Source: a virus. Taken from it: a DNA stretch of 64,000 bases. The first letter of the stretch is position 1; every line of letters starts with the position of its first letter. The stretch spans positions 1 through 64,000 of IMG/VR virus record IMGVR_UViG_3300030106_006452. The stretch is one strand, 5' to 3'. The notes below the pieces were generated by a model. That model saw only the letters and a program-made list of their open reading frames with translations, searched no databases and was not told where the DNA came from. Of this stretch, positions 1 to 9,683 are shown one piece after another. The position numbers and the translations under genes are program-made.

Positions 1-1774
1 CGTGACGAGAAACCGAACGGACCTCACCAACCAAAGCTTCGACGTGTGTTTTAATCTTTGGATACTTTCGGAGAAACGCTTTGAGTGAATCGGAATATTC
101 CATTACCTCTTCAAACGTAGGCGCATATACGCCAGCTTTTATACCATGCTTCTTTTTAGCAATCGGCGTTGCTTCAGCTAGCATCTTAGAAGTAACCGCA
201 TTAGATTCTGTAAACGGCACCTCATAGAACTTTGCAATATCTTTAATCAAAGAACGTAACTGAAGTTTATTGAAGTTGGAGATGGGAACAACAGTGTTGC
301 CGCCCCACTCGTCAATCAACATCTCTTTGAGTTCCATCGGATTAGAAACATCATAATCGATATCAGGATAGTCTTTTGAATCTTTCGTCATAAAACGAGA
401 GAATAGAAGATTATATTTGATAGGATCGACCTGTGTAATGCCGAGAGCATACGCAACAAGAGAGCCTGCAGCAGAACCACGTCCAGCGCCTGTAAGCTGA
501 ACTTCTGTTGCTTTATCAGCGATAGACTTCATAGTTAAGAAATATTTACTAAAGCCTCGTTCGCTAATTACGTTCATCTCTTCTTTTAATCGATCAACAT
601 ACTCTGGATTGTTCGTTAGGCCAAGCTCTCTAAGCCCATCCACACAAGCAGCGACAAGGGCTCTATCGGGAGTCTGCCCAGCGGGAACAACAAAGCTCGG
701 GAGACGAACTGTGTTATCTGGCATAAACTTTTCAATGCGCTCGTGAGCGATCTGATGCGTTCTTTCAATAGATCTTCGGATAAGATTATCATCGTATTCT
801 ACTCCTGCTTTTTTTGAATATTCTTTGTAAGCCTCCCACATTTGATCGCCATTCTTTGGAAATAGTTCGTATCCAATTTCCTCGACGCCTGATGGGAGTT
901 CTGTGTTTGTTGCCCATTTTGGCATACCTCTACTTAACCAACCTAGTCTTTTGTAAAGTTCTCGATCTTTCCAGGCCGTTCTATTAGGATAGTGACTATC
1001 AGCCGTAGAAATTAATTCAACGCCAAATTCATCACAAACTTTTACAATTAGACGGTTTAATTGATGTTGTTCGGGTACGTTGTTCCATTGAAGTTCGCCA
1101 TACCAACGATCACCAAAAATATCAACCATATTCCTAGTTGTCTCGCGCATAGCATTAAGTACAGCCTCTTCGCCCTCTTCACGGTTTTCCCAGAAGTTCC
1201 CAGCGTATACGCCGCCGAGACAGGCCGATGCAGCAATTACACCTTCGTTGTGCTCTTTCAGCATTGCATAATCAATGCGTGGGAAGCGATAGAAGTTTTC
1301 TTCTCTGTATGACTTCGATACAAGAGAGAAGATATTGTTTAGACCTTTTTGATTCTGCGCCAATAAGATAAGATGACGCCTGCGATTAAGAATGTTTTTA
1401 ACTTCTCTTTTGTTTTCTTCATTCTCAATAGTCGTTCCAGAGGCCGACTTATCAATGGATTTCTTTGCTTTCTTATCCTCTTTGACGCGCTCTAGCTCTT
1501 CGCGCCATTCTTCAATACTAGGTAGGAAATAAGCTTCGACACCAAAGATAGGCTTGAAGTCTTTGCCTTGCTTCATCATTTTTTGAGCGTGTTGTACCTG
1601 ATAAGCGAAGCCGTTCATATTGCCGTGATCAGTTAAGGCCAGAGCATCATTACCATTTTGATAAGCGAAGTCCATATGTTCGCCAGGATAGCCGAGTCCA
1701 TCAAAAGGGCTACCCGTTCCGCTGTGAGCGTGCAAGCCTACAAACGGAATACTACTTTGTGTTCTTTCGGACAT
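1..1774 (-). CDS. dnaE: DNA polymerase III alpha subunit (family C), 3' end runs off the window
   Basis: Missing from the ORF track and translated by hand from ATG 1774: MSERTQSSIPFVGLHAHSG...ALALTDHGNMNG (PHP domain), GRGSAAGSLVAYALGITQVDP and YPDIDYD catalytic motif; GGAG SD upstream. Confidence 0.95.
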   Translation of the reverse strand, partial: MSERTQSSIPFVGLHAHSGTGSPFDGLGYPGEHMDFAYQNGNDALALTDHGNMNGFAYQVQHAQKMMKQGKDFKPIFGVEAYFLPSIEEWREELERVKEDKKAKKSIDKSASGTTIENEENKREVKNILNRRRHLILLAQNQKGLNNIFSLVSKSYREENFYRFPRIDYAMLKEHNEGVIAASACLGGVYAGNFWENREEGEEAVLNAMRETTRNMVDIFGDRWYGELQWNNVPEQHQLNRLIVKVCDEFGVELISTADSHYPNRTAWKDRELYKRLGWLSRGMPKWATNTELPSGVEEIGYELFPKNGDQMWEAYKEYSKKAGVEYDDNLIRRSIERTHQIAHERIEKFMPDNTVRLPSFVVPAGQTPDRALVAACVDGLRELGLTNNPEYVDRLKEEMNVISERGFSKYFLTMKSIADKATEVQLTGAGRGSAAGSLVAYALGITQVDPIKYNLLFSRFMTKDSKDYPDIDYDVSNPMELKEMLIDEWGGNTVVPISNFNKLQLRSLIKDIAKFYEVPFTESNAVTSKMLAEATPIAKKKHGIKAGVYAPTFEEVMEYSDSLKAFLRKYPKIKTHVEALVGEVRSVSRH

Positions 1775-1798
1775 TTATTCTCCAAGTTATTTTTGCTA

Positions 1799-1827
1799 AT
1801 ACTAATATAGTTTGCGTTTAAAGTCAA
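1799..1827 (-). promoter_or_regulatory. sigma70-type promoter for dnaE
   Basis: TTGACT-17 nt-TAGTAT. Confidence 0.75.
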
Positions 1828-1835
1828 GAGAAAAC

Positions 1836-2144
1836 TTAACGTGTTTTGAGCCACTCAAAAATAGAAATTGGTTTTGGTTTAGGCCGGACATTAGTGATTT
1901 TGAAAGTGTACTTACTTAACAATGGGTGCTCAATTGAAAAAGGCTTGTTAGCTTCTTTTATAAAAATTTTGTTTCCCCATTTTACAGAAAACTGTGGTTT
2001 ATCTTTTGTTGTTTGAAGAAAGCCAGAATATTTGCTGTTGTCGATATAGCAAGACCGACTACTCGAAAGGTGGGTCTGGCTTTTGGGGGTCAGTAGGCTG
2101 GTTGCCTGTAGTGCGGTTACGGTAAACGGGTGAAAGCCAATCAT
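1836..2144 (-). CDS. hypothetical protein (uncertain start)
   Basis: Fills the gap on the coding strand but overlaps the upstream gene by 86 nt; no recognisable motif. Confidence 0.35.
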   Translation of the reverse strand: MIGFHPFTVTALQATSLLTPKSQTHLSSSRSCYIDNSKYSGFLQTTKDKPQFSVKWGNKIFIKEANKPFSIEHPLLSKYTFKITNVRPKPKPISIFEWLKTR

Positions 2145-2895
2145 AGAATTTATCTCTTCCCAATTTAAGAAGTTGTTTTTTTATCTTTAAGGCTCTATTT
2201 TCTGGTGTATTTCCAAATAGTTTGCCAAAAAAGCTTGGTTCGTCGAACATTGGTTGTATTTCTTTAACAAAGAAGTTATCTAAATTATCTTTTAAACTAT
2301 TATAAAATGCAAGCTGTTTTTCATCTTTATAGCCTTTATCTAATGCTTCAACATCCCACACTTTGCAATCATCATCAGTCGGAGAGGTTGATTTATTCTG
2401 AAAATTATCAAACGTCCCCTTGTACGGGTCTTGATTTGAAGGAACTTCATCATCAGTTTGAGCATCTATCTTTATCCATCTTTTCTTGGCACCAGGAGAT
2501 ACAGCATTTCGATCTGATGCTATGTATATATTTTTTGTCGCAGCAAAGCCGAGAAGAGCATTGTAAAGCATTTCGCCATAACCTTTGCCAATAGATTTAA
2601 TAACTGAATATGTATCAGAACAATTACCACCGGAAACGCCGGCTTTGGCGCTCATTGGATTATACTGTGCCTCTATATATCCCAGTATTGATTTATCATA
2701 TATTTCTTTATTTTTTATTTTTTGTGCAAAATCTTGAACAGAATTTGAATTCGCCAGCTGTTCTTTTATTTTGTTTAAATCAACAAGAGAAAGAGATATT
2801 TCATAACCTTCGTTAAAGTCTACCATCACTCCTAATGATTCTTTTGTTTGTTGTTCTTTTAAGTATTTACGCCAGTTTTCAAGTATAAGTTTCAC
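2059..2895 (-). CDS. putative internal virion protein with MKLILENWRKYLKE leader and GNAT-like segment
   Basis: Leader shared with 16237..16953; GKGYGEMLY resembles GNAT motif A; CTATTTA motif directly upstream. Confidence 0.55.
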   Translation of the reverse strand: MKLILENWRKYLKEQQTKESLGVMVDFNEGYEISLSLVDLNKIKEQLANSNSVQDFAQKIKNKEIYDKSILGYIEAQYNPMSAKAGVSGGNCSDTYSVIKSIGKGYGEMLYNALLGFAATKNIYIASDRNAVSPGAKKRWIKIDAQTDDEVPSNQDPYKGTFDNFQNKSTSPTDDDCKVWDVEALDKGYKDEKQLAFYNSLKDNLDNFFVKEIQPMFDEPSFFGKLFGNTPENRALKIKKQLLKLGRDKFYDWLSPVYRNRTTGNQPTDPQKPDPPFE

Positions 2896-2900
2896 GATAA

Positions 2901-2907
2901 TAAATAG
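2901..2907 (-). promoter_or_regulatory. putative late promoter motif CTATTTA
   Basis: Same CTAnTTA motif found upstream of 11 morphogenesis-block genes. Confidence 0.6.
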
Positions 2908-3004
2908 TTATTTCTTTTTCTTTCTGGCAAATAAACTTTGAATTTTATACGCGGCTGTATAACACAAAAGTGCCGTATAAAATATTACAAAATACAAAGC
3001 TTCG

Positions 3005-3910
3005 TTAATTATTTTCAGTGTTTTCTTCAATATCCACTCCTAATGGGTTCCACTCGTTATATGACATTAAAAAATCTTTTGGCCTTTCCAACTTGTGTTC
3101 GCCACCTAGCCAATCTTTTAGTCCCTCCCAAGAAGAGACATCATAATACCAAGGCAGGCTACAAGTTGCTGCGCCTTCTGTGTTCACTTTGCTGAAAACA
3201 AAGTCGTGTGTAAAATACCGGCCGGTCCAACTTTCAGACGCTTTCAACTTGTTTAGCTTATCATCATAGCCTTTTGCTTCACTTTTTCTAAAATGTTTAC
3301 GACATTCTAAAAAATCCTCCGAAAAGAAAGTAAAGGGCAAAAAACTTCCATCTTTAAAGTTCTGATTATCACATTCAACATAAAAGTTTTTATCTGTGTT
3401 TCTTATTGCCGCCCTGTGATCTTTCAGCCACCACGGAGAAAACATACCGTAAGGAAACGACACAAAGTACTTATCTGGATGTGCGAAGCGGCTTATCTTT
3501 CTGCTTACGTGCCAAGCGTACTGGGCGCCTGTAATGATGCTCCAAGAAAGGCAGTCTCTTCTTCCTGTATCTTTTGGATGCATCGGTGTGTAGTAAATGG
3601 GAACTTCGTAAACTTTTGGTCGTTTTCCGAAGGTTGCGCCCTTGTCGTAGCGAACTGGGTCGACAACCCAATCGCCTAGTCGATATCGAATGAGAGGCTG
3701 CATATCCTTTGGACAGACTAGCCAAACTGTGTTACAACCTGCGACCACACAATCAAAGACTGCTTTTTCGACTGCAAGATAGTTGTGTCCAATAGGCATT
3801 AGACTATCATGCCATGGAAAGTTAAAGTCCAACGGCTGTCCTGCCACTGGAACTATGCCTGCTAGGTTTACGTGTGTTTTATTTTTTATTGTTAATGCGG
3901 GCTCATACAT
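3005..3910 (-). CDS. divergent sugar-nucleotidyltransferase-fold protein
   Basis: N-terminal GIVPVAGQPLDF..PW..SLMPIG..AVE..V....AGC..VWLV resembles the RmlA/GlmU start; the GxGTRL and lysine signature is degenerate. Confidence 0.55.
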   Translation of the reverse strand: MYEPALTIKNKTHVNLAGIVPVAGQPLDFNFPWHDSLMPIGHNYLAVEKAVFDCVVAGCNTVWLVCPKDMQPLIRYRLGDWVVDPVRYDKGATFGKRPKVYEVPIYYTPMHPKDTGRRDCLSWSIITGAQYAWHVSRKISRFAHPDKYFVSFPYGMFSPWWLKDHRAAIRNTDKNFYVECDNQNFKDGSFLPFTFFSEDFLECRKHFRKSEAKGYDDKLNKLKASESWTGRYFTHDFVFSKVNTEGAATCSLPWYYDVSSWEGLKDWLGGEHKLERPKDFLMSYNEWNPLGVDIEENTENN

Positions 3911-4586
3911 AGATAAACTTTATCTTTTCTGCTTCCTCATAGATATTCATTTTAGGCTTGACTATTCGCTCTTGGACCTCTAGAACAATCTCATCTCTTT
4001 TCATAAAGTTTCCCGTGAAACCCACATCTTTTAGTATTGTTTCTGTCTTGAACTTAGCCATTGTATCAGAAAAATTAAAGTCATTCAACTGTTTTTTATT
4101 CAAATTTGAAACAACTGCTATTTTTGCTGGACTGTTTATGTAGTCTTTGTGAATGTGGATTTCGCTTACTAAGTCATCGCCTGTCTTAAGGGTAAAGGCT
4201 GAGTCTTTAAAAACAAAAGATACGGCCAACATTGTGTCTATTATGGTAAATTGATCGACCTCTTCTTTTTGATTAGGAAGTCCTATAACGTTTTCGTCAT
4301 CGAAAATAGTGATCTTATCATAATTTATTTTGTTTATTATGTTATTTTTACAAGCAACAGTGATTTCGTCATCGTCGATTCGAACTGCATTTACATAGTC
4401 GCCACCGACGACGTGACCGTCCATCATTAATTTGTAATAAAGTAGCCCCCAGGCAAGCTTTTTGTCTGAGGGCTCATAGGAGGGAGGAAAGGAAGGCTTA
4501 TTTATTATCAATCTAGTCCCGTGTTGATAAGCCCATTGAAGAGCATTTAAGCTTCCACCAATTGTTATATTAACATCCTTCGTCAT
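3903..4586 (-). CDS. hypothetical protein with Rossmann-like N-terminus
   Basis: NITIGGSLNALQWAY resembles a degenerate FAD-binding beta-alpha start; overlaps both neighbours. Confidence 0.45.
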   Translation of the reverse strand: MTKDVNITIGGSLNALQWAYQHGTRLIINKPSFPPSYEPSDKKLAWGLLYYKLMMDGHVVGGDYVNAVRIDDDEITVACKNNIINKINYDKITIFDDENVIGLPNQKEEVDQFTIIDTMLAVSFVFKDSAFTLKTGDDLVSEIHIHKDYINSPAKIAVVSNLNKKQLNDFNFSDTMAKFKTETILKDVGFTGNFMKRDEIVLEVQERIVKPKMNIYEEAEKIKFIYV

Positions 4587-5148
4587 AGTTTTTAATATTT
4601 TTCTTCCATTTCCTTAATTTCTTCCAATGTTTAGTTCGCTGAAAGCAACGATAACGGTTTTCTTTTGTTAAACGGCCTCTGACAGCTTGTGCCCAAGCAC
4701 CTAACCATTTTTGGTTTTCTGTAAACCTATATCCTCTACAAAAGTTTTTTTTACGAGTGTTTGCAACGTGAATCATCCAAACGTGTGCTGATTGTATTGG
4801 ATCAAGCCGATTAAGGCCATATTCTTTTTCTGCCCAATGCCAAAACTGTAGTATACCTTTAGCTCTTGGATGCTTTTTTGTTTTAAAAGTTATTTTCCAA
4901 TCACCTTTGGCACGAGCATCGTAGCCACTTTCTACACAGGCGGCGGCTACCAGCATTCCTCGTAAATCTTCTGGGATATCATATGCTTGAAAATAGAAAT
5001 CTTCTATTTCAACTAACTTTTCTATTATCCCTGTCTGTAAAATTTTTTCTTTTGCATTTCTGCAATTATATGCCTCATTGATTAAGTTATTGTAATCATA
5101 GCTTAAGTTATTTGAGGCGATGATGCCTAAAACTATATATCCTATCAA
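4570..5148 (-). CDS. lytic transglycosylase (SLT/lysozyme-like), candidate endolysin
   Basis: AAACVESGYDARA (catalytic ES), AKGILQF and DPIQSA motifs; hydrophobic N-terminus. Confidence 0.75.
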   Translation of the reverse strand: MIGYIVLGIIASNNLSYDYNNLINEAYNCRNAKEKILQTGIIEKLVEIEDFYFQAYDIPEDLRGMLVAAACVESGYDARAKGDWKITFKTKKHPRAKGILQFWHWAEKEYGLNRLDPIQSAHVWMIHVANTRKKNFCRGYRFTENQKWLGAWAQAVRGRLTKENRYRCFQRTKHWKKLRKWKKNIKNYDEGC

Positions 5149-5214
5149 ACCTTATTCTCCTTTTTATTTCTTATTGTGAAAGTTAATAAACTTAAATAGG
5201 TTCATTGTTTTAGT

Positions 5215-5496
5215 TTAACCCAAAACTCCATAAATATGATTTTCCTGAACCAACAAGAAGTCACCTTGATCTAAACTGGCTGTTGAAACCATATGATCTT
5301 CAACTATAACTAATTTACCAATGTCTTCCAAGCTAACTTTATTACAATCAGCAGAGATTTGGCTAATCTTATATACACCAAATGGATTTGTTTTAACGTT
5401 ATAATCATCTGGTAAAATAATAGTTGGGGCAGTCTCTTCTGTTTGTTGAGGTGCCTCTTCTAAAAGTAAAAAACGATTTCGTGGATCTAAATTCAT
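5215..5496 (-). CDS. groES: co-chaperonin GroES-like (gp31 analogue)
   Basis: LDPRNRFLLLE...IILPD...LLVQENHIYGVL follows the Cpn10 pattern; 93 aa. Confidence 0.75.
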   Translation of the reverse strand: MNLDPRNRFLLLEEAPQQTEETAPTIILPDDYNVKTNPFGVYKISQISADCNKVSLEDIGKLVIVEDHMVSTASLDQGDFLLVQENHIYGVLG

Positions 5497-5798
5497 ACTT
5501 CCTCCTTCGGGCCAAATTTCTTTTCAATTAGATCAAACATTTCATTAACGGCATCGAGATCAGCTGATTTTTGGTACATTCGGAATGCCTTGATAGCAGA
5601 CCAAATCTCTTCTTTGCTTAACCAGCCATTCTCAATGTATTCTGCTCGTAACTCTTTTTTCTGCTCTTTAAAAGGCTCCATAGCCTCTTCTAAAGCGATC
5701 ATAGATTTAAGATAGTTAACAACATAATGATCTTTTGATTCTTCATTGTTTTGATTTTCTTCTACTTCTTCAACGACTTGTAAAAATTTTGGTGTCAT
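5493..5798 (-). CDS. DsbA/GapR-like dsDNA-binding protein
   Basis: Start moved to ATG 5798 (AGGAG SD); MIALEEAMEPFKEQKKELRAEYIENGWLSKEEI resembles T4 DsbA/DUF2312 helices. Confidence 0.5.
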   Translation of the reverse strand: MTPKFLQVVEEVEENQNNEESKDHYVVNYLKSMIALEEAMEPFKEQKKELRAEYIENGWLSKEEIWSAIKAFRMYQKSADLDAVNEMFDLIEKKFGPKEEV

Positions 5799-5808
5799 TT
5801 TTTTCTCC

Positions 5809-6108
5809 TTAGTAACAACTGTAATCGTAAGTTTCCCACCGGCAAGTATCCCAGTGGTAACAATATTCAACATAGCACTCGTGATCAATGACTGTTGGAT
5901 CGTAAACTACGTAACAATCACAATCACCAAATTCGTCATACGACGTGCAGTACTCATAATTTCTTGGACCAGTGTAATAAAAATTATATTCACAAGCAGC
6001 AACTGGTTGTACTGGTTGATTAACAAATTGCACTCTTGAAAAGGGATGAGGTCTAATTTCACACCCAAGAGCAAGTGTGAGGACCAAACCAATAATTGAT
6101 TTCTTCAT
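5809..6108 (-). CDS. Cys/Tyr-rich lipoprotein
   Basis: MKKSIIGLVLTLALG|C lipobox followed by 7 more Cys. Confidence 0.7.
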   Translation of the reverse strand: MKKSIIGLVLTLALGCEIRPHPFSRVQFVNQPVQPVAACEYNFYYTGPRNYEYCTSYDEFGDCDCYVVYDPTVIDHECYVEYCYHWDTCRWETYDYSCY

Positions 6109-6114
6109 AGACAT

Positions 6115-6143
6115 ATAATAATAAACTTTTATTAAATTGTCAA
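6115..6143 (-). promoter_or_regulatory. sigma70-type promoter
   Basis: TTGACA-17 nt-TATTAT. Confidence 0.8.
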
Positions 6144-6150
6144 GGGTTTT

Positions 6151-8013
6151 TTAGGAAACTTCGCAAGCCCCACCAGCACAAGCTAGTTCGCCTTTGAGGT
6201 CTGTATTATCTTCAATCTCGATAACTTTAGACAAATCAATGTCCTCCAGTGCATCTAATAACTTGATGTAAGTTACTTCATCGCAGTCTTCAAACGGAGC
6301 CTGCTTGTAAGTACCGCCATCGTGAGGAAGAACCGAAAGACCATTATAAACAGCACGATTATCCCACATCCACTGGCCAACAGTATCCCATTCTTCTTCG
6401 CGGATAGAAACAGTGGCTGAAACATTGTGGGTGTTTTGCCCTTTGCCGTGTCCATTCTTTACCCACTCTGTGGATACTTTTTTCACTCTTTCTAACATAT
6501 CCATAGCATTTTCATCTCGTGTGATGGCGCCGTTTGGTGCTCTCTGTGGAACGGAGATGACTGCTGTGTCGTGTGGCCTAAAGAATTCATCTTCTACTAG
6601 ATCTGGATGATAAATCGACAAATAGTTATAGATAGCCTCGTTTTTGCCAACACGAAGTCGACGAATATAATAATCATTGTGCCATGCGTGAATGCCAGAA
6701 GATGTTCCAAGGGTTAAGCTTGTTGTTCCTGCAGGTTTTACACAAGTTGTACGTGCTGCGGGTTTAATTCCCACAAGATCTGCGATTCTTTTGTTTTCTT
6801 TTCTAACTTCTTTTGCTGCTTCCTTCATATCTAGTTTTAAAACATTGCCAGAAGCAATACCGGTCATTGATACGCCAACAAGAGCGTCTTTTTCCGTAGA
6901 TCTGCGCCAAACATCACGAAGATAGTGAAAATCAGTGTAAGAAGCCTGTAGGGTACCAATAAACGAGGCGGCCCGGGCTCTTGCATTAATTTCTTCTTGT
7001 GAATCAACATCAGAAGCATTGATTTCTGTAAGATTACAGAACTGATATGGTCTTAGAGCTATCTCACAGCAAGGATTGGTACCCCAGTCCTTATCGTTTG
7101 AAAAATAAAACCCTGGCTCGCCTGCTCCTGACGCTTTTACACGAAACCAAAGGTCTTTGAAGAAGTTTTCAGTGACCAAATGTCGCATAAGAACAACAGA
7201 ATTGTTTGCTCGGCCTCTTTGCGGGTTCTTTTCCCACCAGTGACCGCTCTTTGCGGATATCATTTCATCATCCCCTGCAGAGAATAGAGAAATAAGAGCC
7301 GCTCGTCTAATACCACCGGCCAAAACTGCATCAGCAATGTAACACACCATATCATGAACTTCAATAGGAGTAAGTTTATCGCCTGTTTCTTTATTACATA
7401 AGATACCTTCTAATTTAACTAAGCACTCACGAAGAGGCTGTGGTCCTGGTGCTCTGCCGCCTGAAGTCACTAGTCTAGCTCCTTTTGGTCGGATATCACT
7501 ATAATCAAAACGAACTTTTGAAGCACCAGTAAAATAGGACTTCATCAAAACCTTTACAGCATCAGCCCAGCCCTCTATGCTATCGCCAACAAGGTGACGA
7601 CGTGTGCGTTTAACAGAAGGTCTTGTAATTTCTGGTAGTTTATTTACGTGATGAAACTGCACGCTGTAGCCAACGCCAGTGCCACCAAGAAGTAAAAACA
7701 TAATTTCGTGAAATGAACGCCAGTCATCGATAGGTAAATAGGCACAATTAAAAATACGATTAGGGGCCACTTCAATGGGCTTACCGCCAAACTGCATAGA
7801 GCGCATAGAAGGCAAAACCTTTTTATCATATACGTATTCATACGCTGCCTGTATTTCTTCCTTCATCTCTGGAAACTTTTTTATGTGCATCGCTTTGTTG
7901 CGATCTACTAATTCTGACCATACTTCTCTTCTTTCTTTTTCGGGTAAGTACTTTGCGTACTTCATGTGGACTGTGATGTCCGACAGGGTTTTGTTGGCGA
8001 TGTCTTGTGGCAT
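6151..8013 (-). CDS. nrdJ: class II (B12-dependent) ribonucleoside-triphosphate reductase
   Basis: LPSMRSMQFGG, FNCAY, GTNPCCEI, FCNLTE, VKPAGT and C-terminal CAGGAC; no beta subunit nearby. Confidence 0.92.
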   Translation of the reverse strand: MPQDIANKTLSDITVHMKYAKYLPEKERREVWSELVDRNKAMHIKKFPEMKEEIQAAYEYVYDKKVLPSMRSMQFGGKPIEVAPNRIFNCAYLPIDDWRSFHEIMFLLLGGTGVGYSVQFHHVNKLPEITRPSVKRTRRHLVGDSIEGWADAVKVLMKSYFTGASKVRFDYSDIRPKGARLVTSGGRAPGPQPLRECLVKLEGILCNKETGDKLTPIEVHDMVCYIADAVLAGGIRRAALISLFSAGDDEMISAKSGHWWEKNPQRGRANNSVVLMRHLVTENFFKDLWFRVKASGAGEPGFYFSNDKDWGTNPCCEIALRPYQFCNLTEINASDVDSQEEINARARAASFIGTLQASYTDFHYLRDVWRRSTEKDALVGVSMTGIASGNVLKLDMKEAAKEVRKENKRIADLVGIKPAARTTCVKPAGTTSLTLGTSSGIHAWHNDYYIRRLRVGKNEAIYNYLSIYHPDLVEDEFFRPHDTAVISVPQRAPNGAITRDENAMDMLERVKKVSTEWVKNGHGKGQNTHNVSATVSIREEEWDTVGQWMWDNRAVYNGLSVLPHDGGTYKQAPFEDCDEVTYIKLLDALEDIDLSKVIEIEDNTDLKGELACAGGACEVS

Positions 8014-8027
8014 ATGTCTTTCTCTCC

Positions 8028-9386
8028 TTATTTGTTCATATTTCTAAAGACTTCTCGGGCTTTGGAGAATTCCTTCTGTTGTTGTTTTGCTAGCTGTTGC
8101 TGTTGTAACTTCACAACGTCATCTCTTTCTAATACTTTTATGGACACGCTTGATGTATCCATAAACGCGGAAAACACAATTCCATCGGGGCCATTTCTGT
8201 TTTTAGCGACAAAAATACGCGCAATATTAGCATTCCTATCCTTAATAGTCCTAGATAGGCTAATAATAAAATCTGCAACAAAGCACTTGTTAAATGCTTC
8301 CGAGATTGACTCCATTGTGATTACTTCTTCGTTAAGACCCTTTCGGTTGGTTTGTGAAGCGGTTACTATAGGGCAACCAAACTCTTGTCCAAGTCCGCGT
8401 AGCTCTTCATAAATAGATTCTAATTCATGTCTTTTCTCAGAATTTTTACGAACTATTGAACTTTTTAATAAATCGCCGTAGTCAACAACGATCATATCGA
8501 TTTCCATTTCTGTCTGTCTAATCTTTTCCAAATGATTTTTAAGAGTCACAGTGGAGGCAGACTTAGTTGGAAACTCTTTTACAATGAGTTGCCCATCAAT
8601 ATCCTTGATTACGTCATAAACTTCATCTTTTTGATTTATAAGCTCGTCTAATGGAATACCGGTAAGACAGGCATCATAACGTTGAGCAACGGAGGTATCG
8701 GCTAATTCTAGCGTGAAATGGACAACATTTTTACCTTGTTTTAGCGCTTGCGCTCCGAGATGAACGAGAACATGAGATTTACCGGCCCCTGTTGGAGCAA
8801 CCACAACTGCAAGTTCGCCTTGACCCAAGCCACCCTTTGTTATCTTATCTATCTTTGCCCAGCCGGTTGTTACCGGATTCCGGGCACGTTCGATAAATCG
8901 AGCCTCAAAATCTTTAATATAATCATAGCCGTGATCATTGCTTATACCTAAACGCAGGGCATCTGATATAAGCTTTTCTATTTCTTCAAACGAGCATTTG
9001 TTTAGAAGTGGCACTGATTTCATCATTGCTTTCTTAAGAACTTGTTTTCTACAAAAATCTACCGACTTTGATATAATGTACTCTGTATCCTGTATTTCCG
9101 GAAATGCCTGAACTTTAACAAAATAATCCATCACTTGTTTTTGGATTACTTCATTTTCATCTGTTAGCTCTGTATTAAGAACAGAATTTAGGGTGTCATT
9201 TGTTGGATGAATACCATATTCTTTTTTGTAATTAAAAAGCTTGTCAGTAAAAACTTGAAGGTATTTTAACTCTAAATATTTAACATCTAGAACTTCTTGC
9301 ATTTGGTCACAATATGACCGGTCGTAAAGCATAAGCTTACACATATTTTCTTGGAAACTCTTTCCAAAAATTCCTAAACTGTCCAT
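8028..9386 (-). CDS. replicative helicase, DnaB/gp41 family
   Basis: Walker A APTGAGKS, FTLE, VVDYGDL, TASQTNR, AKNRNG. Confidence 0.92.
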   Translation of the reverse strand: MDSLGIFGKSFQENMCKLMLYDRSYCDQMQEVLDVKYLELKYLQVFTDKLFNYKKEYGIHPTNDTLNSVLNTELTDENEVIQKQVMDYFVKVQAFPEIQDTEYIISKSVDFCRKQVLKKAMMKSVPLLNKCSFEEIEKLISDALRLGISNDHGYDYIKDFEARFIERARNPVTTGWAKIDKITKGGLGQGELAVVVAPTGAGKSHVLVHLGAQALKQGKNVVHFTLELADTSVAQRYDACLTGIPLDELINQKDEVYDVIKDIDGQLIVKEFPTKSASTVTLKNHLEKIRQTEMEIDMIVVDYGDLLKSSIVRKNSEKRHELESIYEELRGLGQEFGCPIVTASQTNRKGLNEEVITMESISEAFNKCFVADFIISLSRTIKDRNANIARIFVAKNRNGPDGIVFSAFMDTSSVSIKVLERDDVVKLQQQQLAKQQQKEFSKAREVFRNMNK

Positions 9387-9412
9387 TAATTCCTCGCTGA
9401 CTTGTGGATATA

Positions 9413-9441
9413 AATATAACCTTTATGGTTTGAAAAGTCAA
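9413..9441 (-). promoter_or_regulatory. sigma70-type promoter for helicase-nrdJ
   Basis: TTGACT-17 nt-TATATT. Confidence 0.75.
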
Positions 9442-9492
9442 GTTGAATATCAACTATTTCATAAGTGGTGAATGTTATAGGGTAAAAAAACT

Positions 9493-9654
9493 TTAGCGTC
9501 TCAGTCTACGCTTTTTTCTCTTTTTCTTTTTGCTTTTTGATTTTTCAGAAGTCTCTGAAATGCTTGATGATTCGCCATAATCAACAGGCTGAACGAACGC
9601 AGAGGTGAGCAAAACATACAGCATTAAACCTAAACCGTATAAAAAGCTACGCAC
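9493..9654 (-). CDS. 53-aa membrane/secreted peptide with polybasic tail (below ORF-track cutoff)
   Basis: AGGAGG SD and GTG start; MRSFLYGLGLMLYVLLTSAFVQPVDYGESSSISETSEKSKSKKKKRKKRRLRR. Confidence 0.65.
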   Translation of the reverse strand: MRSFLYGLGLMLYVLLTSAFVQPVDYGESSSISETSEKSKSKKKKRKKRRLRR

Positions 9655-9683
9655 CACTGCCTCCTGTGTTATACAGTAACTAT

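Noticed and set aside
5165-5206. 13-codon mini-ORF MNLFKFINFHNKK containing a CTATTTA match upstream of the transglycosylase
   Set aside because: Too short to support as a gene; the motif may be a late promoter for the lysin but cannot be separated from AT-rich chance
5493-5888. ORF-track starts at 5888, 6114, 9992, 14562, 33415, 39759, 40208 and 53138
   Set aside because: They overlap upstream genes, promoters, terminators or hairpins; downstream starts with SD, coupling or promoter fit were used instead
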